Assembly: GCA_032718475.1 (NCBI GenBank)
Contig: JAUCBJ010009076.1
Location: forward strand, 1 to 64,000
Direction of reading: 5' to 3'
Length of the DNA stretch: 64,000 bases
Source: Nemertoderma westbladi
Lineage: Eukaryota > Animalia > Xenacoelomorpha
Shown one piece after another: positions 1-11,116 of the stretch. Both the position numbers and the translations under genes were made by a program. Positions within the stretch are counted from its first letter, which is position 1; each line of letters opens with the position of its first letter. The notes under the pieces are model-generated. The model was not told where the DNA came from and searched no databases. It worked only from the letters and a program-made list of their open reading frames with translations.

Positions 1-639
1 AACCCATATGATAATTTATAGATATATGCACATGTTACTTCAATATATAAATATAATACAGTATATATGCATTTACATGATAATAAGTGCACTTTTTTAA
101 GGAGAAATTCGAATGGGTTTGGAGGGCAGCCAAATAGCGTAGCTAGTGGACGGCTGCTCACCAGAAAAGGTACATGGCTTGAAGTAATATCGGTTGTGGG
201 GTTGGGGGGGGGGGGGGGGGGGGGGTAAGTGTAATAGAGTAGAATGTAGTAAGTGTAGTAAGTGTTAGAAAATAGTAAGCGGTGATAGGGTAGAGCCATA
301 TATTAGCCTTTTGAATAAGATTTAGATTTAGTATAAGTTGTAATGGCGTAGATGGAAGTGAGTTAAAGTAGTAGATCACTGAGATTTATATTTTATAGTT
401 ATTAATATATATCTTGTCAATGTGTCACCAAGGTCAAGGTATCACGCGATTTGAAAGGGGTACATCTAGGGGGGTGGTGCAAATACTGGTATTGATAGGA
501 CAACGATTACAATTAAAACACAATACAGTTCATTTCATTTATGTGGTCTAAGCCAACTTCTACATGGACCTACGAATAGATGTTTGTATATATTAATATA
601 TATCCTGATTGAACACATATACATATCTTGATTGAACAT

Positions 640-651
640 GCACACATATAC

Positions 652-682
<31 letters not shown>

Positions 683-890
683 TATATATATATATATACA
701 CATACATACACACACACACATACACATATATATATACACCAGCACACACATACACGAATTTATACATATAGATTGATAATATCTTGATTGGGTATCTATA
801 CATTTTGATAGTATATATATATATATATATACACATACACACATGCATACACACACACACACACACACACATTGACTGAATATATATATA
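640..890. repeat. (TA)n/(CA)n microsatellite-rich tract (similar tract at ~1890-2065)
   Basis: Runs of tatata and cacaca are visible directly. They explain the spurious YIYI/CVCV ORFs. Confidence 0.9.
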
Positions 891-914
891 TGTTTTATTT
901 TAATATACATAATG

Positions 915-1850
915 ATATATAGGTGACCCCGCGCCCGAGCAGAAACATTAACCATCCACGTGGCTATTACGTGGCCTATATGTAATAAATATATACGTGA
1001 CCCCGCGCCCGGGTGGAAACATTGACCAGTGCCGTGGCTGTTAGATGACCTGTAGTCACCTTCCTTCCAAAGTATCCACGAGTGAACGGATATATGTGTA
1101 AAGTATTCACTATTTAATAATTTATTCCCATATAGTTATATTCAATCATGCTATATGTGCATATATACACCATTATATCCACACACACAGTCACATCAAC
1201 CTAACACACAATATATATACATACGTAATAAATATATATGCACCCGTGCCCAGATGTAAACATAACCAATGACATGGTTGGTAGGTTACTCTAAGGCACC
1301 TTCATGAGTCTTTATACAATAATATACGTGACCCCGCGCTCGGGTGGAAACATTTACAAGTGACATGGTACTTAGGTAACGTGAAGACACACACAAATAT
1401 ATATATATATATACATACACACAGTTATATATATTCAACTCATTCATATATTAAGTATATATTACAAACGCGCACTTATCCATCCAATTCGACATACAAT
1501 TATATACATAATAAATATATACGTGTCCCCGCGCCCGGGTGGAATCATTATAGCATTAACCAATGATATGGTGGTTAGGTAACTTAAAGACACGGATATA
1601 CGTACATGCACTGTTTATATATTCCTACATAGCTAGACTCACTCAGATAATAAATATAGCTATGTATGAATATTACGAAACACGCACGTACACCTCTATT
1701 ACAACATACGATTTATATACAGTAATAATAATAATACTAATATAATAAAAAATAATATTATTTTAATATTTCTATATTATTCTTTTTTAATAATATTTAA
1801 TAATAATAAATATATACGTGACCCCGCGCCCGGGTGAAAACATTACCCAA
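915..1850. repeat. Six dispersed copies of a GC-rich motif (consensus ~TATATACGTGACCCCGCGCCCGGGTGGAAACATT) in the LINE 3' region
   Basis: Cores start at 923, 997, 1238 (degenerate), 1328, 1523 and 1818, separated by non-identical AT-rich spacers. Confidence 0.85.
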
Positions 1851-2119
1851 ATTCTAAATGTTAGAAATACACTCAACTAGGGGCAATTAAATATACACGC
1901 ATACACATATATATACACCAATATAACATTCATACATACACAAATGATATGATATATAAATGAATTACAATCGACACACATATACACATACACACATGTA
2001 TATATACAATATATATACACACACATACATATATACCCACACACACATATATATATAAATAATATATTTTGCGTCATGCATACAATTTAGTTAGGCGTAC
2101 AGTTATACCGTAGTTGCTA

Positions 2120-5100
2120 TTATTCATATTTTAGTAATTCATGCTTCAGAAGTTTAAGAAACACAGGTTTACTCTTGATTTCCCTATAAGAGATTGCTAG
2201 ACTGTTCCAAAGTCGAGGTCCTTGAAAAGACAGTGATTGCTCAGCAACCTTCAGACGGACTTTAGGAGGATGAAATAGACCACTGGCTGCAAAGCGTGTG
2301 TTGTGGGAGTGGATCTCAGATGCCTTACGGAATAGCGGTGTCAGAGGAGTGGAAATATTATTATATACGTCAAACATTACTTTACAAACCTCATATTTAT
2401 ATAACTGTTCTAAGGGGAGGATATTTAGTTGTTGGTAAAGCGGGAGCGATGATGATTGCCAGTGACTGAAGGTAATTGCTCGTAGAACTTTATTTACTTT
2501 GACTCGTATGGGTTTCAACATCGTGGATGAAGTGCTACCCCAGATAACGATAGCATATTGTATATATGGATGAATAAGTGCAAAGAACAACATACGTAAG
2601 ATATGAAGTGGAAAGATTTTTCGAAGCCTATAAAATATTCCTGCAGATTTGGAAATCTTTTTCAATATGTAAGCTATGTGCTCTTTAAAGTTAAGTTTAC
2701 TATCAATTAAAACTCCAAGGTATTTTGTGTAGCTAACTTTGGAAATTTCTGCACCTTTAATTTTTACTTTGGGCAGAGAATCCTGGGAGAGTGTTGAGTT
2801 AGAGAATAATGTATATTCTGTTTTCTTGAGATTGAGTGAAAGTTTATTATCAATTAACCAATCTACAATGTCATTTATATCGTGGTTTACGGAGGAAATT
2901 AATTCTGGTAAGTTATTTAAATGTTTAATTAGACTTGTATCATCAGCAAAAAGGGTTGTCAAGAAGGATGTGGCGTTTGGGAGGTCGTTTACATAAATCA
3001 GGAACAAGATCGGTCCAAGGATCGATCCCTGTGGTATTCCACAAAGTATTGGTTGTAGTGATGAGTTGAATCCATCCAGTGTTACAAATTGTGCACGATT
3101 AGATAAGTAGTCAGAAAATAATTGCAGAGGAATCCCCCTGACTCCATAGCTTTTCAGTTTATTGATTAGGATGGCGTGATCCAGCGTGTCAAACGCTTTT
3201 TTAAGATCAATGAAAATAGTACAAGCTGACAATTTATTATCGAGAAAATCACGCAGCTTTTCTACAATATCGAGAATTGCATACGACGTAGTGTATTTTT
3301 TCCTAAAGCCGTACTGGTTACTATTTAGTATGAGGTACTTATCTAAATATGAAGCTAGCTGGACATATATTATACGCTCGTATAATTTACTCATAACTGG
3401 TAATAGTGAGATTGGACGGTAATTAGTTGTAAAACGCGGATCACCAGATTTATAGGCAGGTATTACTTGTGCTTGCTTGAGCGAATTTGGAAAAAAACCA
3501 TTTACAATGCTTATATTTATTAATTCCGAGATATGTTCACTCAAAATACGAGCAGCCAGCTTTATAAGTTTGATTGGGCATTTATCATTTGTAGCTGAGG
3601 CTTCTTTTATGTCTAAGATAAAATATTGCACCTCAACCGGTGTCGTTTTTATAAGTGCAAAGGAGTTCGATTTTTTATGCCTAATATGTCGCAGAGGACA
3701 ACGGGGAGATATGGGAATTTCATTGGAGAGAGAAGGACCTATAGAAGTGAAAAATTTATTAAATATTTCGGCAATATCACCTGGTTCAGTGATCAATGAC
3801 TCAATGTTACCATCAGACACGGATATTTTACGTGGAATGGATTTTTTCGGTGCTCGACCAAGAGCAGTATTTATAGTACGCCAAGTTTTCCGCATATTTG
3901 ATTTATTTTTATCAAATTGTGATGTATAATAATCCCGTTCCGCGCTCCTTAATATTGTTGTAAGTTTATTTCTATATGTTTTATATATTAAATGGTTTTT
4001 CGGGGTTTGTTTATGAACGTATTTCGCATATAAGTTATTTTTTTTATTGATTGACTTTACCAGTGATTGGGTAAGCCAGGGTTTATGAGGCACCAGTTTT
4101 TTTGGAATTTTTTTGCGTGGGGCATGTTTTTGACATATTGCATCTAAATTTGAATAAAATATATCAAAGCGATCTCTCAACTGATTATTCGCGTTATTAT
4201 AGGTCCACGTGTCAATGTCTGACAAATCAGCTAAAAATGTTGTATGATCAAAATTTGAATAATCATAAATAAAGTTCGTAGTATCAGGCCTGAAATAATT
4301 AGAATAATCTGTTAAGATCACGAATGTCGGTAAGTGATCGGCAATTTCTGTTAGGAAAACACCCTCATTAGATATCGATGTATTAATATTGGTTATGACA
4401 TGGTCAAGCAGAGATGGTGGAGAACTTTTAATGCGAGTTGGCTTTGTAATGACCTGCTTAAAACCGTTTGAGTTTATGGTTTGAAGGTAATTAAGAGTTA
4501 AATTACAAGGTTTTTTTAAATTGATGTTCATGTCACCTGTAATGATCACGTCATAGCCTTTATCAGCTAGCATGGATAGTAAGTTATCCAAATCATCGAT
4601 AAAATTATTACGGTCAACTGTTTGGGAAACATACATACATCCTATTATTAGAGGTTTATTTGGATGGGGACGTTTTACTTCGATCCAGCAATTCTCAGGT
4701 CCCGATATTCGTAAATCAGTACGTTCAATAAAATCGAACTCATCTCGAATGAAAATTGCAGTGCCGCCTCGTTTTGTGTCACGCCTATCCTGTGAGACCA
4801 ACTCATAACCTGGAAAAGTAATTTCTGAGGGGTCCGAAGAAGTGCTCATAAATGTTTCAGAAAATGTCAACACATCGAAATCACTCGACAGAGTTTGGAA
4901 AAAATTTGATATTTCACACTTGTGTGTTGGTAGGCTTTGGCTATTGACATGAAAAACCGAGAACGACTTAGAGTTCTCTAAGTTACCGAATTCTTTATTA
5001 AAAGTATCAGCTGTGTGATAACCCCGCGAAATATTGTTATTATCTAAATTTATGTCCGGATCAATATCATTGAATGGAGAGTTAGATAGATCGTCATCGA

Positions 5101-5356
5101 AGTTTAAATTACAATGGGTAGACGAATCACCAAATATATCGTCATCATCACTATTAACATATCCAAAAGGAAACAGTTCCAAATAACAGTAAATGCACCA
5201 CAGACCACCAACCGTGCTCAAATAGGTATCCACCTCGCTTTGGGTGAGACATGTGCCACATTGTGAGTGATATGTGAAGCCACAAAGCTCACAATGCAAT
5301 TTACAATCTGAATTAGTGAACACAGAAAAGCAAAAATCACAGTGAAGATTGTCCAT
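2120..5356 (-). CDS. LINE ORF2: N-terminal PHD-like finger + AP endonuclease + reverse transcriptase (1078 aa)
   Basis: PHD pattern CDFC..CELC.FTYHSQC..WCIYC. APE motifs HVNSQS, FSETF, GGTAIFI, TGDMN, LDHV, ADHLP. RT motifs YRPISLL, QYGFR, DLKKAFD, GIPQGSILGP, FADDT, YLG. CR1/L2-type C-terminus GPRLWNSL. Confidence 0.95.
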   Translation of the reverse strand: MDNLHCDFCFSVFTNSDCKLHCELCGFTYHSQCGTCLTQSEVDTYLSTVGGLWCIYCYLELFPFGYVNSDDDDIFGDSSTHCNLNFDDDLSNSPFNDIDPDINLDNNNISRGYHTADTFNKEFGNLENSKSFSVFHVNSQSLPTHKCEISNFFQTLSSDFDVLTFSETFMSTSSDPSEITFPGYELVSQDRRDTKRGGTAIFIRDEFDFIERTDLRISGPENCWIEVKRPHPNKPLIIGCMYVSQTVDRNNFIDDLDNLLSMLADKGYDVIITGDMNINLKKPCNLTLNYLQTINSNGFKQVITKPTRIKSSPPSLLDHVITNINTSISNEGVFLTEIADHLPTFVILTDYSNYFRPDTTNFIYDYSNFDHTTFLADLSDIDTWTYNNANNQLRDRFDIFYSNLDAICQKHAPRKKIPKKLVPHKPWLTQSLVKSINKKNNLYAKYVHKQTPKNHLIYKTYRNKLTTILRSAERDYYTSQFDKNKSNMRKTWRTINTALGRAPKKSIPRKISVSDGNIESLITEPGDIAEIFNKFFTSIGPSLSNEIPISPRCPLRHIRHKKSNSFALIKTTPVEVQYFILDIKEASATNDKCPIKLIKLAARILSEHISELINISIVNGFFPNSLKQAQVIPAYKSGDPRFTTNYRPISLLPVMSKLYERIIYVQLASYLDKYLILNSNQYGFRKKYTTSYAILDIVEKLRDFLDNKLSACTIFIDLKKAFDTLDHAILINKLKSYGVRGIPLQLFSDYLSNRAQFVTLDGFNSSLQPILCGIPQGSILGPILFLIYVNDLPNATSFLTTLFADDTSLIKHLNNLPELISSVNHDINDIVDWLIDNKLSLNLKKTEYTLFSNSTLSQDSLPKVKIKGAEISKVSYTKYLGVLIDSKLNFKEHIAYILKKISKSAGIFYRLRKIFPLHILRMLFFALIHPYIQYAIVIWGSTSSTMLKPIRVKVNKVLRAITFSHWQSSSLPLYQQLNILPLEQLYKYEVCKVMFDVYNNISTPLTPLFRKASEIHSHNTRFAASGLFHPPKVRLKVAEQSLSFQGPRLWNSLAISYREIKSKPVFLKLLKHELLKYE

Positions 5357-5587
5357 AGCGTTAGTTTAGTAGATTTGAGTAGGGTAGGCGGTAGGGGTAG
5401 AGAGAGAGAGTGAGGGGTGGGGGTGGGGGGTAGTTTTTATTGTAGTCGTCGGATCAAATAAGTGAACGGGGACACTCCGTAGACAAATAGTGTTGTTTAC
5501 CGGAGAATCTAGAGCACTAGACAGAAGTAATACAATAATTAAAATGCCCAATACCAATATCCCAACCATGCATTATCCTAACAAAAT

Positions 5588-8500
5588 ATTGTAGCTTAGT
5601 TCAACCAACGTATGAAAAGAAAACTAGTTCAACCAAAACATTGTAGCTTAGTTCAACCAACATATAAAAAACTAGTTCAACCAAAACATTGTAGCTTAGT
5701 TCAACCAACGTATAAAAACTAGTTCAACCAAAACATTGTAGCTTAGTTCAACCAACGTATAAAAACTAGTTCAACCAAAAATTGTAGCTTAGTTCAACCA
5801 ACGTATAAAAAACTAGTTCAACCAAAAATTGTAGCTTAGTTCAACCAACGTATAAGAAACTAGTTCAACCAAAACATTGTAGCTTAGTTCAACCAACATA
5901 TAAAAAACTAGTTCAACCAAAACATTGTAGCTTAGTTCAACCAACATATAAAAAACTAGTTCAACCAAAACATTGTAGCTTAGTTCAACCAACGTATAAA
6001 AACTAGTTCAACCAAAAATTGTAGCTTAGTTCAACCAACATATAAAAAACTAGTTCAACCAAAACATTGTAGCTTAGTTCAACCAACATATAAAAAACTA
6101 GTTCAACCAAAACATTGTAGCTTAGTTCAACCAACGTATAAAAACTAGTTCAACCAAAAATTGTAGCTTAGTTCAACCAACGTATAAAAAACTAGTTCAA
6201 CCAAAAATTGTAGCTTAGTTCAACCAACGTATAAAAAACTAGTTCAACCAAAACATTGTAGCTTAGTTCAACCAACGTATAAAAACTAGTTCAACCAAAA
6301 CATTGTAGCTTAGTTCAACCAACGTATAAAAACTAGTTCAACCAAAAATTGTAGCTTAGTTCAACCAACATATAAAAAACTAGTTCAACCAAAACATTGT
6401 AGCTTAGTTCAACCAACATATAAAAAACTAGTTCAACCAAAACATTGTAGCTTAGTTCAACCAACATATAAAAAACTAGTTCAACCAAAACATTGTAGCT
6501 TAGTTCAACCAACATATAAAAACTAGTTCAACCAAAACATTGTAGCTTAGTTCAACCAACGTATAAAAACTAGTTCAACCAAAAATTGTAGCTTAGTTCA
6601 ACCAACATATAAAAAACTAGTTCAACCAAAACATTGTAGCTTAGTTCAACCAACATATAAAAAACTAGTTCAACCAAAACATTGTAGCTTAGTTCAACCA
6701 ACATATAAAAAACTAGTTCAACCAAAACATTGTAGCTTAGTTCAACCAACATATAAAAAACTAGTTCAACCAAAACATTGTAGCTTAGTTCAACCAACGT
6801 ATAAAAACTAGTTCAACCAAAACATTGTAGCTTAGTTCAACCAACATATAAAAAACTAGTTCAACCAAAACATTGTAGCTTAGTTCAACCAACATATAAA
6901 AAACTAGTTCAACCAAAACATTGTAGCTTAGTTCAACCAACATATAAAAAACTAGTTCAACCAAAACATTGTAGCTTAGTTCAACCAACGTATAAGAAAC
7001 TAGTTCAACCAAAACATTGTAGCTTAGTTCAACCAACGTATAAGAAACTAGTTCAACCAAAACATTGTAGCTTAGTTCAACCAACATATAAAAAACTAGT
7101 TCAACCAAAACATTGTAGCTTAGTTCAACCAACATATAAAAAACTAGTTCAACCAAAACATTGTAGCTTAGTTCAACCAACGTATAAGAAACTAGTTCAA
7201 CCAAAACATTGTAGCTTAGTTCAACCAACGTATAAGAAACTAGTTCAACCAAAACATTGTAGCTTAGTTCAACCAACGTATAAGAAACTAGTTCAACCAA
7301 AACATTGTAGCTTAGTTCAACCAACATATAAAAAACTAGTTCAACCAAAACATTGTAGCTTAGTTCAACCAACATATAAAAAACTAGTTCAACCAAAACA
7401 TTGTAGCTTAGTTCAACCAACGTATAAGAAACTAGTTCAACCAAAACATTGTAGCTTAGTTCAACCAACGTATAAAAACTAGTTCAACCAAAAATTGTAG
7501 CTTAGTTCAACCAACGTATAAAAAACTAGTTCAACCAAAAATTGTAGCTTAGTTCAACCAACGTATAAGAAACTAGTTCAACCAAAACATTGTAGCTTAG
7601 TTCAACCAACATATAAAAAACTAGTTCAACCAAAACATTGTAGCTTAGTTCAACCAACGTATAAAAACTAGTTCAACCAAAAATTGTAGCTTAGTTCAAC
7701 CAACATATAAAAAACTAGTTCAACCAAAACATTGTAGCTTAGTTCAACCAACATATAAAAAACTAGTTCAACCAAAACATTGTAGCTTAGTTCAACCAAC
7801 GTATAAAAACTAGTTCAACCAAAAATTGTAGCTTAGTTCAACCAACGTATAAGAAACTAGTTCAAACAAAACATTGTAGCTTAGTTCAACCAACGTATAA
7901 AAACTAGTTCAACCAAAACATTGTAGCTTAGTTCAACCAACATATAAAAAACTAGTTCAACCAAAACATTGTAGCTTAGTTCAACCAACATATAAAAAAC
8001 TAGTTCAACCAAAACATTGTAGCTTAGTTCAACCAACGTATAAAAACTAGTTCAACCAAAAATTGTAGCTTAGTTCAACCAACGTATAAGAAACTAGTTC
8101 AAACAAAACATTGTAGCTTAGTTCAACCAACGTATAAAAACTAGTTCAACCAAAAATTGTAGCTTAGTTCAACCAACGTATAAAAAACTAGTTCAACCAA
8201 AAATTGTAGCTTAGTTCAACCAACGTATAAGAAACTAGTTCAACCAAAACATTGTAGCTTAGTTCAACCAACGTATGAAAACTAGTTCAACCAAAAATTG
8301 TAGCTTAGTTCAACCAACGTATAAAAAACTAGTTCAACCAAAACATTGTAGCTTAGTTCAACCAACGTATGAAAACTAGTTCAACCAAAAATTGTAGCTT
8401 AGTTCAACCAACGTATGAAAACTAGTTCAACCAAAAATTGTAGCTTAGTTCAACCAACGTATGAAAACTAGTTCAACCAAAAATTGTAGCTTAGTTCAAC

Positions 8501-8630
8501 CAACGTACAAAAAACTAGTTCAACCAAAACATTGCAGCTTAGTTCAACCAACGTATGAAAACTAGTTCAACCAAAAATTGTAGCTTAGTTCAACCAACGT
8601 ATAAAAAACTAGTTCAACCAAAAATTGTAG
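5588..8630. repeat. Tandem array of 47/48-bp units (two ~24-bp subunits sharing TAGTTCAACCAA), ~64 copies, between ORF1 and ORF2
   Basis: Unit CTTAGTTCAACCAAC(G/A)TATAAAAAACTAGTTCAACCAAAACATTGTAG read directly. Confidence 0.97.
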
Positions 8631-9065
8631 GTATTAGCCCTATATACAAAGGGTTGAAATAGCGCATAGGCCTTTTCCATTATTTTTAACATATAAATTT
8701 TATTTTTTATATGTTTACTATTTTTTGGATTTAGTCTTCCAAGAAGAGATAATATCAAGTTAGTTAAGCGACGATCTATAAGTTCAGTTTACAGACGAAG
8801 TTCCATTTAGTAAGTTTACAGTTCAAGTACTCTACAAACAGAAAAATAAATTTTCACATAGTTTAATGATGCAAGTTAAAAAGCAAAAAAGCAGGATTTA
8901 ATGATAGGATTTACTTATCTATTTGAATTCCTTTTCTATTTGAGCTCATGTTTAAAACCTCAAGATCTAACACACAAGGTAGCTCAACTGCGATAAGCAT
9001 TCCATCAATCCAAGTTTTCCCCTAGGTCGCTCAAACAGTCGTATTTCGAATGTATGTCCAATCCA

Positions 9066-10871
9066 TCAAACCATCGAAATGACCTGGGAATTATCAACTC
9101 GGCCCCTGACAAAGTCAGGGGATGAACTCTGGTGGTAAACAGCCTCTGGGTGGACCTCAGTGCGGTCACTCTGGCTCCTACCGGGAGAGAGAATCTCGTC
9201 CGAACGTTTAGCGGAATCGGTATAGTCGCGTTTGCACGTGCCGGACGACCGAATCTCGTCCGAACGTTTAGCGGAATCTGTATAGTCGCGTTTGTACGTG
9301 CCGGACGACCGAATCTCGTCCAGACGTTTAGCGGAATCGGTATAGTCGCGTTTGTACGTGCCGGACGACCGAATCTCGTCCGAACGTTTAGCGGAATCGG
9401 TATAGTCGCGTTTGTACGTGCCGGACGACCGAATCTCGCCCGGACGTTTAGCGGAATCGGTATAGTCGCGTTTGTACGTGCCGGATGACCGAATCTCGCC
9501 CGGACGTTTAGCGGAATCGGTATAGTCGCGTTTGTTCCTACCAGAAGAAGGCTGATCAGTGTCATACCTTCGGATGACATCGTTTAGCGCATCATGAGAA
9601 GATATTCTATAGGCGGTACTCCCGTCGTCCTTACTCAAAAATATTGCGCCATTTCGGGACCAAATATACTTAAGATTAAGGTTTTTCTTAGCGGATAGAG
9701 CCTTGTTAAAAAGGTCTCTATTTGCATTGGACAGGTGCTCATTGAAGTAAATTTTCCCCAGGTTTAATTTCGACAGGCAGCCGCTATTTAATTTTCCTCT
9801 TTTATTCATTAGCTCTTCTTTATGTTTTCTATTCGGGAATCGACAAATGACGCTTCGCGGTGTATTTCGAACAGCGGTTGATGACTTGCGCCCTAAACGA
9901 TGACAGGCCTCTATTGAGGCTGATGTTAAGTGTGTAACTCCGAGGCATTCTCCGATTTTAATTACCGTTTCTTCGAGGACTGCATCGTCGACTAACTCGG
10001 GGATTCCATTTATAATGATGTTATTCCTCTTTTGATACTGGTCCATGTCATTGATCTGAGTCTCCTGTTTTCTTATCGTAATTTCTTGTGACACCAGTTT
10101 ATCACCCATAGATTTGACAGACGATTTGAGATATTCGTTTTCTTCTTTTAGGGATGAAACAAGATTAAATAGTCTATCATATCCATCTGATATAAAATGT
10201 TGACTTTTTTCAATTTCAAACAACCTTTTAGCTACGCCATCTAGTTTGCTGGCCACCACAGACACTGGACTAGACACCCTAGTTAACTCTTCACTAAAGT
10301 ATTCTTTCAGTTGATTAATTACTGGAGTGGAAATCATCTGATTAGAATTAGTTTCTGGACCAGCACTATCAGCTATAGTCACTGCAAAATTGCTTTGTTT
10401 AGTGAGTGAGGTATGCCTACTAGGAGGGCTTATTGGCTGCTGTAGAGATCGAGAGCGACCACGTACCGTAACTAAGTGATTAGTTTCTGGTTTAGATTGT
10501 AGTCTAAGAATTAATTCTGTCTTATTCCCGGATGTTTTAAGGCCATAAGCTGACAGCTCTTTTTTCAGTCGATTATTAGACCAACTTGAATAATCAATAG
10601 AATCGGGTGTATGAGTACCGGTACACTCGATGAGAATACCAGCAGCGGTACCGGCGTCATCATTTGAATTAATCTGACTATCGGCCCCCAAGGCAATCAA
10701 TGAGGCGTCTGGCGACTGCGGAAGTGCTGGAGCTAATAGGCCTACCGGTAGTGTAGGTATCGGCTCAGTTGACGAGTGGGACGGAGAGTTTTGATAGTCA
10801 GTGGCCGCGAACGGCGATGTAGACCTACCGGTAATCGGAGGCCTCTCTGGAGTGTAAGGAGTAGGAGTCAT
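9066..10871 (-). CDS. LINE ORF1: SAP domain, coiled coil, L1/CR1-type RRM and FP25K-like C-terminal domain, 20-aa repeat tail (~600 aa; first ATG at 10871)
   Basis: SAP-like YSSWSNNRLKKELSAYGLKTSGNKTELILRL. Heptads. ORF1 motifs KRNNIIINGIPE, ACHRLG, PRSVICRF, IYFNEHLS, KYIWSRNG. Confidence 0.88.
   Translation of the reverse strand: MTPTPYTPERPPITGRSTSPFAATDYQNSPSHSSTEPIPTLPVGLLAPALPQSPDASLIALGADSQINSNDDAGTAAGILIECTGTHTPDSIDYSSWSNNRLKKELSAYGLKTSGNKTELILRLQSKPETNHLVTVRGRSRSLQQPISPPSRHTSLTKQSNFAVTIADSAGPETNSNQMISTPVINQLKEYFSEELTRVSSPVSVVASKLDGVAKRLFEIEKSQHFISDGYDRLFNLVSSLKEENEYLKSSVKSMGDKLVSQEITIRKQETQINDMDQYQKRNNIIINGIPELVDDAVLEETVIKIGECLGVTHLTSASIEACHRLGRKSSTAVRNTPRSVICRFPNRKHKEELMNKRGKLNSGCLSKLNLGKIYFNEHLSNANRDLFNKALSAKKNLNLKYIWSRNGAIFLSKDDGSTAYRISSHDALNDVIRRYDTDQPSSGRNKRDYTDSAKRPGEIRSSGTYKRDYTDSAKRPGEIRSSGTYKRDYTDSAKRSDEIRSSGTYKRDYTDSAKRLDEIRSSGTYKRDYTDSAKRSDEIRSSGTCKRDYTDSAKRSDEILSPGRSQSDRTEVHPEAVYHQSSSPDFVRGRVDNSQVISMV
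9190..9536. repeat. 60-bp in-frame tandem repeat (~6 copies) encoding KRDYTDSAKR(P/S/L)(G/D)EIRSSGTY at the ORF1 C-terminus
   Basis: Lines 9181-9540 repeat with a 60-bp period and the frame is preserved. Confidence 0.95.
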
Positions 10872-11116
10872 ATTCAAATAGTTCCAGGTAGGAATGTAAT
10901 CTTTTTCAGATTGAAACGCGTGACCTTTAAGTCAATAACAGTTAATTATGTAAAGCGAAAAGGCAGTGTAAAGGCAGTATGGTATGGAATATTGAATCAA
11001 AGTCAGATGTCTGCTAGTGCTGCTAGAGAACTACCGGTACATTGCAGTATCAGTCACAACATCAGATCACCGCGTAAAAAAATACTTAATGATCACACTT
11101 AAATACTCAATGAATA

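Noticed and set aside
158-2077. Short Y/I/C/V-rich ORFs
   Set aside because: They are microsatellite and poly-G translations.
2739-4808. Plus-strand ORFs overlapping LINE ORF2 (also antisense ORFs in the BEL and RTE-X ORFs)
   Set aside because: They are antisense shadows of real coding frames.
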